A DNA stretch of 64,000 nt from Candidatus Eiseniibacteriota bacterium (GTDB lineage: Bacteria > Eisenbacteria > RBG-16-71-46 > CAVPCR01): assembly GCA_963702435.1 (NCBI GenBank), contig CAVPCR010000004.1, positions 512,001-576,000 on the forward strand, given 5' to 3'. The position numbers were made by a program, and so were the translations under genes. The notes below the pieces were generated by a model that was given only the letters and a program-made list of their open reading frames with translations, made no database searches and was not told where the DNA came from. Shown here in pieces: positions 18,781 through 31,627 of this stretch (position 1 is the stretch's first letter; the number at the start of each line of letters is the position of its first letter).

Positions 18781-19707
18781 ATGAACCCGCCGACCCCGAA
18801 CCGCATTCCCATTCTCGAGGGGCTCGCCGCTCCGCCCCGGCCGGCCGCTGCGGCCCCGCGCCACCGGCGCCATCCCGACTGGCTCAAGGTGCGCCTGCCC
18901 GGCGGGCCCATCTACGAGCGGTTGCGGAGCCTCCTCGCGGGGCTCCACCTCCACACGGTGTGCGCGGAGGCGGTCTGCCCGAACGTCGGCGAATGCTGGG
19001 GGCTCGGCACCGCCACCTTCATGATCCTCGGCGCCATCTGCACGCGCGGCTGCCGATACTGCGCCGTCGACAAGGGGCACCCGATCGGGCTCGACCGCGA
19101 GGAGCCGGCGCGCGTCGCGGAGGCCGCGGTCGAGATGGGGCTCCGCCACGCCGTCATCACCTCGGTGGATCGCGACGATCTCGCCGACGGCGGGGCCGAG
19201 ATCTTCGCCGAGACGATCCGCGCGATCCGCGCGCGCCTGCCCGAGTGCATGATCGAGGTCCTGATCCCCGACTTCCAGGGCCGGGAGGCGAGCCTGCGCG
19301 CCGTGCTCGCGGCGCGCCCCGATGTCCTGAATCACAACATCGAGACCGTGCCGCGGCTCTTCCCGCGCGTGCGCCGCGGCGGGGACTACGGGCTCTCGCT
19401 CGAGCTCTTGCGCCGCTCGCGGGCCATTGCGCCCGCCATCCCGACCAAGTCCGGCCTCATGCTCGGGCTCGGCGAGACGACCGAGGAGGCGGTCGCGGTG
19501 ATGCACGATCTGCGCGCGGTCGGCTGCGAGATCCTGACCATCGGCCAGTACCTGCAGCCCACGAAGAAGCAAGCGCCGATCGCCCGCTACGTGCACCCCG
19601 ACGAGTTCGCCGAGCTCCGCGCCACCGGTCTCGCGCTGGGCTTCCACCACGTCGAATCGGGGCCCCTCGTTCGCAGCTCCTATCACGCCGAGCGGCACGT
19701 CACGTGA
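18781..19707 (+). CDS. lipA: Lipoyl synthase
   Basis: CAEAVCPNVGEC, CTRGCRYC and VRSSYHA. Confidence 0.96.
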   Translation: MNPPTPNRIPILEGLAAPPRPAAAAPRHRRHPDWLKVRLPGGPIYERLRSLLAGLHLHTVCAEAVCPNVGECWGLGTATFMILGAICTRGCRYCAVDKGHPIGLDREEPARVAEAAVEMGLRHAVITSVDRDDLADGGAEIFAETIRAIRARLPECMIEVLIPDFQGREASLRAVLAARPDVLNHNIETVPRLFPRVRRGGDYGLSLELLRRSRAIAPAIPTKSGLMLGLGETTEEAVAVMHDLRAVGCEILTIGQYLQPTKKQAPIARYVHPDEFAELRATGLALGFHHVESGPLVRSSYHAERHVT

Positions 19708-19764
19708 CGCCGGTCGCCGCCGGCCGCGCCTCGACCGGCGGCCGCACCCGCAGAGGAGATCGAG

Positions 19765-21192
19765 GTGAACGCTGATCCCACGACCTACGACCTGATCGTC
19801 ATCGGCTCCGGCCCGGGCGGCTACGTCTGTGCCATCCGCTCGGCGCAGCTCGGTCTCCGCACGGCGCTCGTCGAGAAGGACGTGACGCTCGGGGGCACGT
19901 GCCTGAACGTCGGCTGCATCCCGACCAAGGCGCTCCTCCACTCGGCCGATCTCGTGCACGAGTTCGCGCACGCCAAGGACTACGGCGTCGCCGCGCCGGC
20001 CGGGGCGCGAGTGGACATGGCGGCGCTCGGGCAGTACCGGACCCGGGTCGTGTCCAAGAACACGAAGGGCGTCGAGTTCCTGATGAAGAAGAACAAGGTC
20101 GACGTCATGCGCGGGTTCGGGAAGCTCGCCGGGCCGGGGCGCGTCACGGTGACCGGTGAGGACGGCAAGGCGCGGCCGCTTGCCGCCAAGCACGTGGTGC
20201 TCGCTCTCGGCTCGGTGCCGCGCACCCTCCCCGGCTTCGAGTTCGACGGCAAGCGCGTCATCTCGAGCACCGAGGCGCTGGCGCTCCCCGAGGTGCCGGC
20301 CCGGATGGCCATCCTCGGCGCCGGGGCGATCGGGGTCGAGTTCGCCTCGATCTACAGCCGCTTCGGCTCCCACGTGACGCTCGTCGAGCTGCTGCCGCAT
20401 CTCCTGCCGCTCGAGGACCCCGACCTCTCGAGCGAGCTCGAGCGCGCCTTCCGCAAGCTCGGGATCACGTTCATGACCGGCGCGCGCGCCGAAGCCGTCG
20501 AGCGCGGCGAGAAGGAGCTCACGCTCCGCGTCAAGGACGCGGACGGCAAGGCGCACGCGATCGCCTGCGACGTGCTCCTCGTCGCCGTCGGCCGCGGCCC
20601 GGCGAGCGACGGAGCCGGGCTCGCCGAGGCGGGCGTGGCGCTCGAGCGCGGCTACGTCAAGGTGGACGAGTTCATGCGGACCTCGGTGCCCGGCGTGTAC
20701 GCGATCGGCGATCTGGTCGCGATCCCCGGCCGCGTCCACCAGCAGCTCGCGCACCTCGCTTCGCACGAGGGGATCCTCGCCGCCGAGCACGCGGCCGGGC
20801 GAGCGGCACGACCGATCGACTACGACCTGGTGCCCGGCGCGACCTACTCGTATCCGGAGGTGGCCTCGGTCGGACTCTCCGAGGCCGAGGCCAGGAAGCG
20901 CGGTCACGAGATCAAGGTTGGTCGGTTCCCGTTCTCGGCCAACTCGAAGGCGGGCATCCTCCTCGAGTCGATCGGCTTCGTGAAGATCGTCGCCGATGCG
21001 AAGTACGACCAGGTGCTCGGCGTGCAAATCATCGGGCCCAAGGCCACCGAGCTCATCAACGAGTGCGTGACCGCGCTCCGGCTCGAGGTGACGGCCGAGG
21101 ATCTCCATCGCGCGATCCACGCCCATCCCACGCTCTCCGAGGCCGTGATGGAGGCCGCCCACGCGGTGGCCGGGCATCCGATCCACATCTAG
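19765..21192 (+). CDS. lpdA: Dihydrolipoyl dehydrogenase (E3)
   Basis: GSGPGG, GGTCLNVGCIP and HAHPTLSE. Confidence 0.96.
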   Translation: MNADPTTYDLIVIGSGPGGYVCAIRSAQLGLRTALVEKDVTLGGTCLNVGCIPTKALLHSADLVHEFAHAKDYGVAAPAGARVDMAALGQYRTRVVSKNTKGVEFLMKKNKVDVMRGFGKLAGPGRVTVTGEDGKARPLAAKHVVLALGSVPRTLPGFEFDGKRVISSTEALALPEVPARMAILGAGAIGVEFASIYSRFGSHVTLVELLPHLLPLEDPDLSSELERAFRKLGITFMTGARAEAVERGEKELTLRVKDADGKAHAIACDVLLVAVGRGPASDGAGLAEAGVALERGYVKVDEFMRTSVPGVYAIGDLVAIPGRVHQQLAHLASHEGILAAEHAAGRAARPIDYDLVPGATYSYPEVASVGLSEAEARKRGHEIKVGRFPFSANSKAGILLESIGFVKIVADAKYDQVLGVQIIGPKATELINECVTALRLEVTAEDLHRAIHAHPTLSEAVMEAAHAVAGHPIHI

Positions 21193-21235
21193 CCGAACGA
21201 GGAACCCCGGCAACGGCAGGAGTCGGCAGGAATCG

Positions 21236-22207
21236 ATGGTCACCTATCTCGAAGCCATCCGCATCGCGCTCGCCGAGGAGATGCGGGCCGATCCGCGGGT
21301 CTTCCTCCTCGGCGAGGACATCGGGCTGTACGGCGGCGCGTTCAAGCTCACGCACGACCTCCTCGCCGAGTTCGGCCCCGACCGCGTCATCGACACCCCG
21401 ATCACCGAGGCCGGCATCGTCGGCGCGGCGATCGGAGCGGCGCTCATGGGCCAGCGCCCGGTCGCCGAGATGCAGTTCATCGACTTCATCGCGAATGGCT
21501 TCCAGCTCATCACCAACTTCGCGGCCAAGTGCCACTATCGCTGGGGCGCCGCGGTGCCGCTCGTGATCCGCGGGCCGGTCGGCGGCGGCGTGGGGGCCGG
21601 GCCCTTTCACTCGCAGAATGTCGAGGCCTACTTCCTGCACACGCCCGGGCTCAAGATGGTGGCGCCGGCCACCGCGCGCGACGCGCACGGCCTGATGAAG
21701 GCCGCGATCCGCGATCCGAACCCGGTGCTCTACTTCGAGCACAAGTTCCTCTACCGGCACATCAAGGAGGAGATCGGCGGGCCGGACGAGGACCTGGTCG
21801 CGATCGGCCGCGCCGCGATCCGCCGCCCGGGGCGCGCGCTCACCCTCGTCACCTTCGGGGCGATGGTGCACCGCGCGCTGGCCGCGGCCGAGGCGCTGGC
21901 GGCCGAGGGCATTGACATCGAGGTGATCGACCTCCGGAGCCTCAAGCCGTGGGACGAGGGGATGGTCTACGACTCGGTGCGGCAGACGGGGAAGGCGCTC
22001 GTCCTCCACGAGGCGCCGCAGACGGGCGGCGTCGGCGCCGAGTACGCCGCCGCGATCGGGGCCGCCTGCTTCGAGTGGCTCGACGCGCCGGTCGAGCGGG
22101 TGGCCGGGCTCGACGTGCCGGTGCCGTATCATCCGGCGCTCGAGCGCGCCGCGCTGCCGTCAGTCGAGCGCATCGTCGAGCGCGCCCGCGCGCTCGCGCG
22201 CTACTGA
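21236..22207 (+). CDS. 2-oxoacid dehydrogenase E1 beta subunit
   Basis: GEDIG, DTPITE, EMQFIDF, GPFHSQ and IDLRSL. Confidence 0.93.
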   Translation: MVTYLEAIRIALAEEMRADPRVFLLGEDIGLYGGAFKLTHDLLAEFGPDRVIDTPITEAGIVGAAIGAALMGQRPVAEMQFIDFIANGFQLITNFAAKCHYRWGAAVPLVIRGPVGGGVGAGPFHSQNVEAYFLHTPGLKMVAPATARDAHGLMKAAIRDPNPVLYFEHKFLYRHIKEEIGGPDEDLVAIGRAAIRRPGRALTLVTFGAMVHRALAAAEALAAEGIDIEVIDLRSLKPWDEGMVYDSVRQTGKALVLHEAPQTGGVGAEYAAAIGAACFEWLDAPVERVAGLDVPVPYHPALERAALPSVERIVERARALARY

Positions 22208-22256
22208 ACGCGGGCGCGCCACTGAACGCGGGCACGCGAGAAGGGAGAGTGGCTTG

Positions 22257-22784
22257 ATGTCGCGCATGCTCGGGCCGACCCTCATCATGGCCGCAGTGGC
22301 CGCCGTGCTCCTCGTCCTCGGCATCCTCCGCGGGCACGGCGAGCATGTGGCGGGACTCAAGGCGGGCGCCGCGATGACGATCCAGGTGCTCCCGCTCCTC
22401 CTCCTCGCCTTCATCGTGGCCGGCATGGTGCAGGCGCTCATCCCGGCGACGACGGTGGCGCGCTGGATCGGAGCCGAGTCGGGCGCGCGCGGCATCTGGA
22501 TCGGGACCCTCGCCGGCGGCCTCACTCCCGGCGGGCCCTACATCAGCATGCCGATCGTCGCCGGGCTCCTGCGCGCCGGGGCGGGGGTGGGCACGCTCGT
22601 GGCCTTTCTCACCGCGTGGTCCCTGTGGTCGGTGGCGCGCCTGCCGATGGAGGTCGGGCTCCTCGGCTGGCGATTCACCTTGATCCGCCTGGCCTCGACC
22701 TTCTTCTTTCCGCCGATCGCCGGCGCGATCGCGTACGCGCTGTTCCGGGGCGTGGCCCTGCCAGGCGGCGCGCCCCCGCGCTGA
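22257..22784 (+). CDS. Predicted permease (DUF318/ArsP-like)
   Basis: Hydrophobic throughout; GGLTPGGPY, VAFLTAWSL and LPMEVGLLGWRF. Confidence 0.75.
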   Translation: MSRMLGPTLIMAAVAAVLLVLGILRGHGEHVAGLKAGAAMTIQVLPLLLLAFIVAGMVQALIPATTVARWIGAESGARGIWIGTLAGGLTPGGPYISMPIVAGLLRAGAGVGTLVAFLTAWSLWSVARLPMEVGLLGWRFTLIRLASTFFFPPIAGAIAYALFRGVALPGGAPPR

Positions 22785-22998
22785 GCAGAGGAGGATGGCG
22801 ACCTTGATCGAGATGACGTCGGGCAAGGGCAAGGGGGCACCCGCGATCGCGGGGCGCCTCGCGCTGCGGGAGCGTCTTCTGCACGAACGGGAGCTGCGCG
22901 GTCGCGATCTCGGCCGGCTCGGTGCTCTGGCCGGGCGACGTCTCGGTGGGCGCCCTCTTCCACTTCTAGCCACGCCAAGCTAAACGGCGCGTCCCCGG

Positions 22999-24066
22999 CT
23001 AGATCCGGCGCAGCACGGTCCCGATCACCCGCCAGTAGACGCCGGTTGCCGCGGCGTACGTGTTCAGTGCCGCCGCGAAGACGCCTGCGTCCTTTCCCGG
23101 GCGAACCGGCACGACCAGGTGCGAGCCGCGCAGGAGGTGGGCGTCGCCGACCCGGCGGATGCGCCCGGTCTCCGCGCGGGCTGCCGGCAGGCTTGGGCAG
23201 AGGTTCGCGAAGCGCCCGAGAGCGCGCCACCACCGGGCCAGGTTGCCCTTCCCGGCCAGGAAGACGAGCAGTCCCAGCTCGTGCACGACCAGCGCCGGCG
23301 CGCACAGCGCGAGCGTCCGCCACTGGTAGTTCTTGAGCAGGAAGTACCAGCGGTTGGCGATCTGATGATCGAAGTACCTGTTGCCGCGCTCCTTGTGGTG
23401 GTGGAGCACGCGCAGCCCCGACATCTCGACGATGCGGTATCCGGCGAGCGTCATGCGATAGGCGAACTCGCCGTCGGTCTTGCCGAAGAAGAGCCGTTCG
23501 TCGAAGAGCCCGACGGCGAGGGCGGCGGACCGGCGGATCATCGGCGCGCAGCCCGTGCACGCGCCGACGTCGCAGGGCGCGTCACCCAGGCTCGTCGCCG
23601 GCGCGAGCTGGTGGGCGGCCGCCGCCTCCCCCAGGAAGTGCAGCCAGGTGCGCGCGTAGTGGATGGTGTCCGGTCGCTCGGCGAAGACGACCACCGGCGT
23701 GGCGATGCCGATCGTGGGGTCGCTGTCGAGCATGTCCCGCATCCGCTCGGCCACGCCGGGCTGCAGCTCGACATCGACATCCATGACCAGGACGTAGGGC
23801 GTGAGCGCCTCGCGCAGGGCCCGATTGCGCGCCGGATTGGGGCCGCGGTTCGCAGCGAGCGTGATGCATTGCACGGCGGGGTGCTGCTGCCGCATGTAGG
23901 CGGCCGTGCCGTCGGTGCTCGCGACGTCGATGACGAGGAGCTGGGCGGGCGGGCAGCCGGCCGTGGTCGCCGCGGCGATCGCGCGCGGGAGGTCGGTCCC
24001 GAGCGCATTGTACGTCACGATCGCGACGGTCAGATCGACAGGAAACACCGGTTCGGCCTGCTGCAC
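22999..24066 (-). CDS. GT2 glycosyltransferase
   Basis: VAIVTYNA, IDVASTDGT, ARNRAL, MDVD and GLFDERLF; GTG start inferred. Confidence 0.85.
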   Translation of the reverse strand: MQQAEPVFPVDLTVAIVTYNALGTDLPRAIAAATTAGCPPAQLLVIDVASTDGTAAYMRQQHPAVQCITLAANRGPNPARNRALREALTPYVLVMDVDVELQPGVAERMRDMLDSDPTIGIATPVVVFAERPDTIHYARTWLHFLGEAAAAHQLAPATSLGDAPCDVGACTGCAPMIRRSAALAVGLFDERLFFGKTDGEFAYRMTLAGYRIVEMSGLRVLHHHKERGNRYFDHQIANRWYFLLKNYQWRTLALCAPALVVHELGLLVFLAGKGNLARWWRALGRFANLCPSLPAARAETGRIRRVGDAHLLRGSHLVVPVRPGKDAGVFAAALNTYAAATGVYWRVIGTVLRRI

Positions 24067-24077
24067 GTGACGGCCGG

Positions 24078-25055
24078 CTACCCGGCCCGGGCCGCCAGGC
24101 GCCGGAACGTGACGAGCAGGTAGTCCGGTCGCGTCCGGCTGATCGCATCGCCGGTCCGGACGATGAGGAGCGACGCGGCGGCGAGAGGCAGCGCGAGCGG
24201 CAACCAGAGCGCGCTGCTGGGATGCGCCGCCAGGATGGCGCGGAGGCGCCGGGCGAGCTTGTCGAACCGCCCGCCCCGGCCGCGCTGGGCGGGCGTGGCG
24301 GCCGTGGCGGGCAGGAGCGTGCGGATGACCGCGTTGTCCCGGCCGATCAGCAGGTACCGCCAGAGGAAGTTGAAGAGCCCGTGCGGCGGTGCGTGATGGG
24401 CCCGCGCGCGCGGCTGGCGCCAGATCGTGACGCCGCTTCTCCGCATGTGATGCGAGTGCAGCACGCAATGGCCGCGGTAGAGCGGCAGGTTGTGGTCCAC
24501 CGGGTTGTCGAGCAGGAACCGGCGCCGGAAAGCCACGTTGTTGAAGAAGTAGGTCGCGGAGCCGTAGAGGTCCGTGGCGTTCGAATGCCCGTCGAAGAAG
24601 AAGCTGATGGCGTTGGCGATGGCGTAGGGCCCGGTGCCGCGGATGGCGGTCTCGCCGCCGAGCATCTGGATATCCGGATAGGCCGTGAACGGCGCAAGCA
24701 AGGACCGGATCCAGTCCGGCTCGTAGACGCAATCAGAATCGGCATAGATGACGATCTCGCCGGTGGCCCGGCGCGCACCCTCCATCTTGGCGTCGTAGTA
24801 GTCGATGTCCGCGCTGATGGCGACGATCCGCACCCAGGGGTACTGCACGCAAACGCGCTCGAGCACGGCGGCCGGGGTGTCGCCGCTCTCGATGATCAGC
24901 ACCTCGTTCGCCTCCGCCGGTGACGGCGACTGGCGGGCGAGCGAGTCGAGGCTCTCCTCGAGCCCCGCGATCTCGGTGACGGACAGGTTCTCGGTCTCGA
25001 TCACGATCGAGAACGAAGGCAGGGCGACGCTGTCTCGAGGTTGTTCACGGTTCAT
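24078..25055 (-). CDS. GT2 glycosyltransferase
   Basis: FSIVIE, GARRATGEIVIYADSDC (DxD) and NNVAFRR; C-terminal TM segment. Confidence 0.8.
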   Translation of the reverse strand: MNREQPRDSVALPSFSIVIETENLSVTEIAGLEESLDSLARQSPSPAEANEVLIIESGDTPAAVLERVCVQYPWVRIVAISADIDYYDAKMEGARRATGEIVIYADSDCVYEPDWIRSLLAPFTAYPDIQMLGGETAIRGTGPYAIANAISFFFDGHSNATDLYGSATYFFNNVAFRRRFLLDNPVDHNLPLYRGHCVLHSHHMRRSGVTIWRQPRARAHHAPPHGLFNFLWRYLLIGRDNAVIRTLLPATAATPAQRGRGGRFDKLARRLRAILAAHPSSALWLPLALPLAAASLLIVRTGDAISRTRPDYLLVTFRRLAARAG

Positions 25056-25310
25056 GGGTCGTCATCCGGAGGAGGGACGGCGAGGGCAGGGTCCGGTCGA
25101 TCTCGGGTGGGGCCCGCTTATCGTCACCTGCGCCCGCTGAAAGCGGTTACACTATCGCACGCGGCGGCGGACAGATCAAGAGCAGGCGGCGGCGCGCAGC
25201 GCGGGCGCACGGGCCGGCGCCTGCCCCGCCGGGCGATGTCGCGGAGCCGGGGAGCGGAGCCGGGTGCCGGGAAGCGAGCTCGATATCCATGTCGGTGTCA
25301 TGAGCATCCG

Positions 25311-26846
25311 ATGAGTGCCTCCCCCCCGGGCGAGAGCACTCCGGTCGTCGCAGCCGGCCGGGTCCCGCAGGCAGCCGGGCACGGCCAGCGCATCGCCGGC
25401 AACTTCGGCCTGCTCACCGCGTTCAAGCTCCTCTCCGACGCGTTCACGTTCGGCCTCTTCGTGGTGCTCTCGCGCCGTTTCGGCGACAGCGGCATCGGTG
25501 CCTACTCGTTCGCCGTGGGCATCGGCTCGGGCTTCGCCGTGCTCGCCGACTTCGGCCTGTATCGGCTCTCGATCACCCACCTGGCGCGCCGCGACGGCGA
25601 CTTCGGGCAGGAGATGGCCTCGATCCTCGCCATGCGCGTGGCGCTGACCCTGGGCTCGATCCTGCTCCTGGGCGTGACTGCGTTGATCCTGCCGCTCGAC
25701 CAGGACATGCGCCCGATCCTGTTCATCGTCGGACTGCATCTCCTGCTCTACGGGATCGCCAACGGACTGGCCGGCGTCCTCGTCGCACGCCAGGACATGT
25801 TCCTGTCCGCGGGGATCGACTTCGCGGCCAAGGCGCTCGCGGCGCTGGCGGGCGTCGGACTCGCCTACGCCGGTTACGACCTGCCGACGGTCCTCTGGGT
25901 GCTGCCCGTCGTGACCGCGTTGCAGATCGTCGTCACCGGCGCGGTGGTGCGCCGCAAGTACAACAGTGCGCGCGCCCGGCATGATCGCGGGATGATCGGC
26001 GGCCTGTGGCGCATGTCGCTGCCGTACTTCATCTCGACCGCGGTGCGTTACGTGACGATCCGCAGCGATGTCGTGCTTCTCGGCTTCCTGCGCGGCGCGG
26101 CTGAGGTCGGCGTCTACAACGTCGCCTACCGCGTGGTCTTCCTGCTGATGTACGTGCCGCACTACGCATCGCTGGCGGTGTTCCCGGTCATCTCCCGGCT
26201 CTATCACCGCCGTCCCGGCCAGGAGCGCGAGCTGGTCCAGACCGCGCTCGGCTGGATGATTCTGCTCGGCGTGCCCGTGTCGGTCGGGGTGGCGCTCGTC
26301 GCGCGGCCGCTCATCGCCCTCATCTTCGGGCCCGAGTTCCAGCGGGCCGCGCCCATACTGCAGATGCTGGCGTGGCTGTTCTTCCTGAGCTGCATCCGGA
26401 ACATGCTGGCGACCATCATGACCGCCTGCGATCAGCAGGCGGAACGCACGCGACTGGAGGCGCTATCCGCGCTCATCGCGGTCGCCGGCAATCTCCTGCT
26501 GATCCCCCGCTACGGCCCGCTCGGTGCAGCGGTAGCGATCCTCGCCGCGGAGACGATCCTCGTCGTCATCGTGGTCGTGGCCACGCACCGCATGCTCGAT
26601 CTCCGCTTTCTCTCCTCGCGGCTCGCCATCAGTCTCCTCGGGAGCGGCGCCCTGGTGGTGCCGGCCGTCCTTCTGCCGGGCCTCCCGATGGTCGCGGTGA
26701 TCGCCGCCGGCGCAGCGATCTACGCGGCCGCCGTGCTCGCCTTCCCGACCATCCGCCGGCACGAGTTGCCGGCGCTCGCGTCGGTGCGCGGCAGCCGCGG
26801 GCGGGCGCCCGTCGAGCTATCGGGAGAGGCGCCGGACGGGGAGTAG
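25311..26846 (+). CDS. wzx: Wzx-type oligosaccharide flippase (MOP superfamily)
   Basis: Many TM helices; LADFGL, DVVLLG...VGVYNVAYR and NLLLIPRYGPLGAA. Confidence 0.88.
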   Translation: MSASPPGESTPVVAAGRVPQAAGHGQRIAGNFGLLTAFKLLSDAFTFGLFVVLSRRFGDSGIGAYSFAVGIGSGFAVLADFGLYRLSITHLARRDGDFGQEMASILAMRVALTLGSILLLGVTALILPLDQDMRPILFIVGLHLLLYGIANGLAGVLVARQDMFLSAGIDFAAKALAALAGVGLAYAGYDLPTVLWVLPVVTALQIVVTGAVVRRKYNSARARHDRGMIGGLWRMSLPYFISTAVRYVTIRSDVVLLGFLRGAAEVGVYNVAYRVVFLLMYVPHYASLAVFPVISRLYHRRPGQERELVQTALGWMILLGVPVSVGVALVARPLIALIFGPEFQRAAPILQMLAWLFFLSCIRNMLATIMTACDQQAERTRLEALSALIAVAGNLLLIPRYGPLGAAVAILAAETILVVIVVVATHRMLDLRFLSSRLAISLLGSGALVVPAVLLPGLPMVAVIAAGAAIYAAAVLAFPTIRRHELPALASVRGSRGRAPVELSGEAPDGE

Positions 26847-26854
26847 CCGGATCC

Positions 26855-27958
26855 TCACAGCGGAGGCAATACCTCGAGGAACGATTGGGCCGCGACAGCG
26901 GCCGCGCTCGCCCCCTGGCGCAGCGCGCCGGCGGCGGATCGGCGCCCAAGCCGGACCCAGCCCTGGTCGAGATACCACTGCGCCGTCTCTCGCAATCCCT
27001 CGCGGGTCGCGTGCCGGGGCCGGAATCCCGTCCCGAGCATCTTCGCGGTCGAGAACGCGCGGTCGGACAGGAAGAAGTGGACTCGCCGGGTGAACAGGGG
27101 CGGACGGATCCCGATCCGCGGCAACAGCTTCTCGCAGGTGTCGGCGAACGCGAGCGCGGGTCCCGCCGGCAGGCGCAGGATGCGCGGGGACCGGCCATAG
27201 TGCTCGGCGATCACGCGGACGAGGTCATCGAAGCGAAGGGCCTCGTCGCCCGCGCAGATGTAGACCTCCCCGGCGGCCGCAGGCAGGTCGGCCACGTGGA
27301 GGATGAAATCGGTCAAGTCGTCAACGTGGACGAGGTGATAGAGCTGACGGCCCGAGCCGATCGAGAAGACGAGCGAGCGGGCGACCATCCAGAAGATCTT
27401 GAAGAGGCGCCGATCGCCGGGGCCGTAGATCGGCGCCGGCCGCACGATCGTGACCGGCAGCCCTTCGCGGCGAGCGAACTCGCGGAGCCAGATCTCGGCC
27501 TCGGCCTTGGTGGCCTGGTAATCGTCGCCCGGTTTGAACCGATAGTTCTCGTCCGCCGGCGGATGCTCGATGTGGCCATGGACGCCGACCGTGGAGACAT
27601 GCACGAAGCGCGGCATCGGGCGCTGCCGAACCGCGGCCTCGGCCAGTTGCATGGTCGCGCGGACGTGCACGTCGTGGAGCTCCCGGTATCCGGTGTGCGG
27701 AGATCGGAAGAGCGTGGCGAGGTGATAGATGTGGCTCACCCCGGCCACCGCGGCGCCGACCTGATCGCGGTCGAGGATCGATCCGCCGAGCCATTGCGCG
27801 GGCAGATCCTCCATGTCGGCCGGCCCCTTGCCCGGCCGGATGAACGCGCGCACGTTATCGCCCCGGGCTGCGAGCTTGCGGACCAGCGCCGATCCGGTGA
27901 AGCCGGCCGCGCCGGTGACGAGGACTTCTCGCGGAACGGTCGCGCAGGGGTCGTCCAT
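26855..27958 (-). CDS. NAD-dependent epimerase/dehydratase (extended SDR)
   Basis: VTGAAGFTG, VST, YQATK and IYGPGD. Confidence 0.9.
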   Translation of the reverse strand: MDDPCATVPREVLVTGAAGFTGSALVRKLAARGDNVRAFIRPGKGPADMEDLPAQWLGGSILDRDQVGAAVAGVSHIYHLATLFRSPHTGYRELHDVHVRATMQLAEAAVRQRPMPRFVHVSTVGVHGHIEHPPADENYRFKPGDDYQATKAEAEIWLREFARREGLPVTIVRPAPIYGPGDRRLFKIFWMVARSLVFSIGSGRQLYHLVHVDDLTDFILHVADLPAAAGEVYICAGDEALRFDDLVRVIAEHYGRSPRILRLPAGPALAFADTCEKLLPRIGIRPPLFTRRVHFFLSDRAFSTAKMLGTGFRPRHATREGLRETAQWYLDQGWVRLGRRSAAGALRQGASAAAVAAQSFLEVLPPL

Positions 27959-28111
27959 GATCCTCCGAACTCCAAGTGGATGTGGGCGGCAGCGACTGAC
28001 GCGTCGGCCCTGGCCGGAAGCGTGCAGAAGGGGGTGCGAAAGGCGATCGTCGGGATGGCAGCCCGGAGGTCGGGTCGGCCGCCTAACTTGATAGTTGATA
28101 AGGAGAAATGC

Positions 28112-28140
28112 AGGTTACGGCTTCTGCCCGGGGCGGTCAA
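28112..28140 (-). promoter_or_regulatory. Putative sigma70 promoter for the epimerase
   Basis: Minus-strand TTGACC-N17-TAACCT in an AT-rich patch. Confidence 0.55.
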
Positions 28141-28323
28141 TGCCGATCTCCTCATCACCCCGGCCGGCGATCCCGCGGGATCGCTTGCGTCTCCGGTGCC
28201 TCGAGGGGATCTCGCCCGGAGGCTGACTCACCGCCGGGGCGTTTGACCCGGGGTCGGAAAAAATGTCAGCCGGCTTCCGCGGCGGCATCCGCTCAGAGAC
28301 GTAAGCCACTGTAGATTAGTAAC

Positions 28324-28352
28324 TTGACATGTGGCGACGGGGGGTCCACCTT
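28324..28352 (+). promoter_or_regulatory. Possible sigma70 promoter for maeB
   Basis: TTGACA-N17-CACCTT preceded by an AT-rich tract; the -10 element is weak. Confidence 0.35.
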
Positions 28353-28503
28353 ATGCACCTCTCCCCTTCGGCGCGCGTCCTCGCGGCCGGCCCCGGTCGC
28401 CATGGGAGGCGGCGGGGTGCTTCCCCATTCAAGACGGGTCCCGTGCGCGCGGTTGGCGCCAAGAGGAGCGCCGTGCAGCCGGACCCGACGGGGGTTCTGA
28501 CCG

Positions 28504-30816
<2,313 letters not shown>

Positions 30817-30854
30817 CCGGCGGATTGGCAGCAGCGGCCCCGCGCGGGCCGGGC

Positions 30855-30888
30855 GGCGGCCGGGGGAGACCCCGGCCGCCGGCTTTTT
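30855..30888 (+). terminator. Rho-independent terminator after maeB
   Basis: GGCGGCCGGGG-GAGA-CCCCGGCCGCC hairpin followed by GGCTTTTT. Confidence 0.7.
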
Positions 30889-30962
30889 GGTAGAATGGCC
30901 CGTCCAGTGCGCCATGGTATCCCGAGATCCCGTTTGCCCCAATCCAAGGAGAATCGACAGGG

Positions 30963-31601
30963 ATGAGCCAGCTTGTCCTCATCCGACACGGCCAGTCGCT
31001 GTGGAACCTGGAGAACCGCTTCACCGGGTGGGTGGACGTGCCGCTCACCGACAACGGACGGCGTGAGGCCCGCGCCGCGTCGCGGCTCGTCCGCGACATC
31101 AACTTCGACATCGCCTATACCTCGGTGCTCAAGCGAGCCGAGGAGACGCTAGCCATCATCCTCCAGGAGATCGATCAGGATCCGCCGGTGATCCGCGACC
31201 AGGCCCTGAACGAGCGCCACTACGGCGACCTGCAGGGGCTCAACAAGGCCGATACCGCGAGCCGCTACGGTGACGAGCAGGTGCATCTCTGGCGCCGCTC
31301 CTACGACATCGCTCCGCCGAACGGCGAGGCGCTCAAGAACACCGCCGAGCGTACCCTGCCCTTCTTCGAGCGAGCCATTCTCGGCGACCTGCGCCAGGGA
31401 AAGAACGTGCTCGTCGTCGCGCACGGCAACTCGAACCGCTCGATCGTCATGCATCTCGACAAGCTCGGTCCGAAGGACGTCGTCAAGCTCGAGCTGGGAA
31501 CGGGAGTGCCTCTTGTCTACACGCTGAACGGCTCCGGGGAAGTGGTGTCCAAGGAAATCCGCCCCTTGCCGGCCGCCGAGTCCGCGCCGAAGCTGGCCTG
31601 A
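30963..31601 (+). CDS. gpmA: 2,3-bisphosphoglycerate-dependent phosphoglycerate mutase
   Basis: LIRHGQS, RFTGWVD, LNERHYG, WRRSYD and AHGNS. Confidence 0.96.
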   Translation: MSQLVLIRHGQSLWNLENRFTGWVDVPLTDNGRREARAASRLVRDINFDIAYTSVLKRAEETLAIILQEIDQDPPVIRDQALNERHYGDLQGLNKADTASRYGDEQVHLWRRSYDIAPPNGEALKNTAERTLPFFERAILGDLRQGKNVLVVAHGNSNRSIVMHLDKLGPKDVVKLELGTGVPLVYTLNGSGEVVSKEIRPLPAAESAPKLA

Positions 31602-31627
31602 AGAAGAGCGGCCTGAAGAGGAGCAGC

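Noticed and set aside
22795..22983. 62-aa ORF with a strong AGAGGAGG RBS after the permease
   Set aside because: No recognisable motif and low-complexity sequence; it may be a junction remnant but cannot be supported.
28187..28201. Minus-strand GG-N10-GC (AGGCAC-CGGAG-ACGC) as a sigma54 promoter
   Set aside because: It lacks the TT before GC, and a better sigma70 match lies at 28112-28140.
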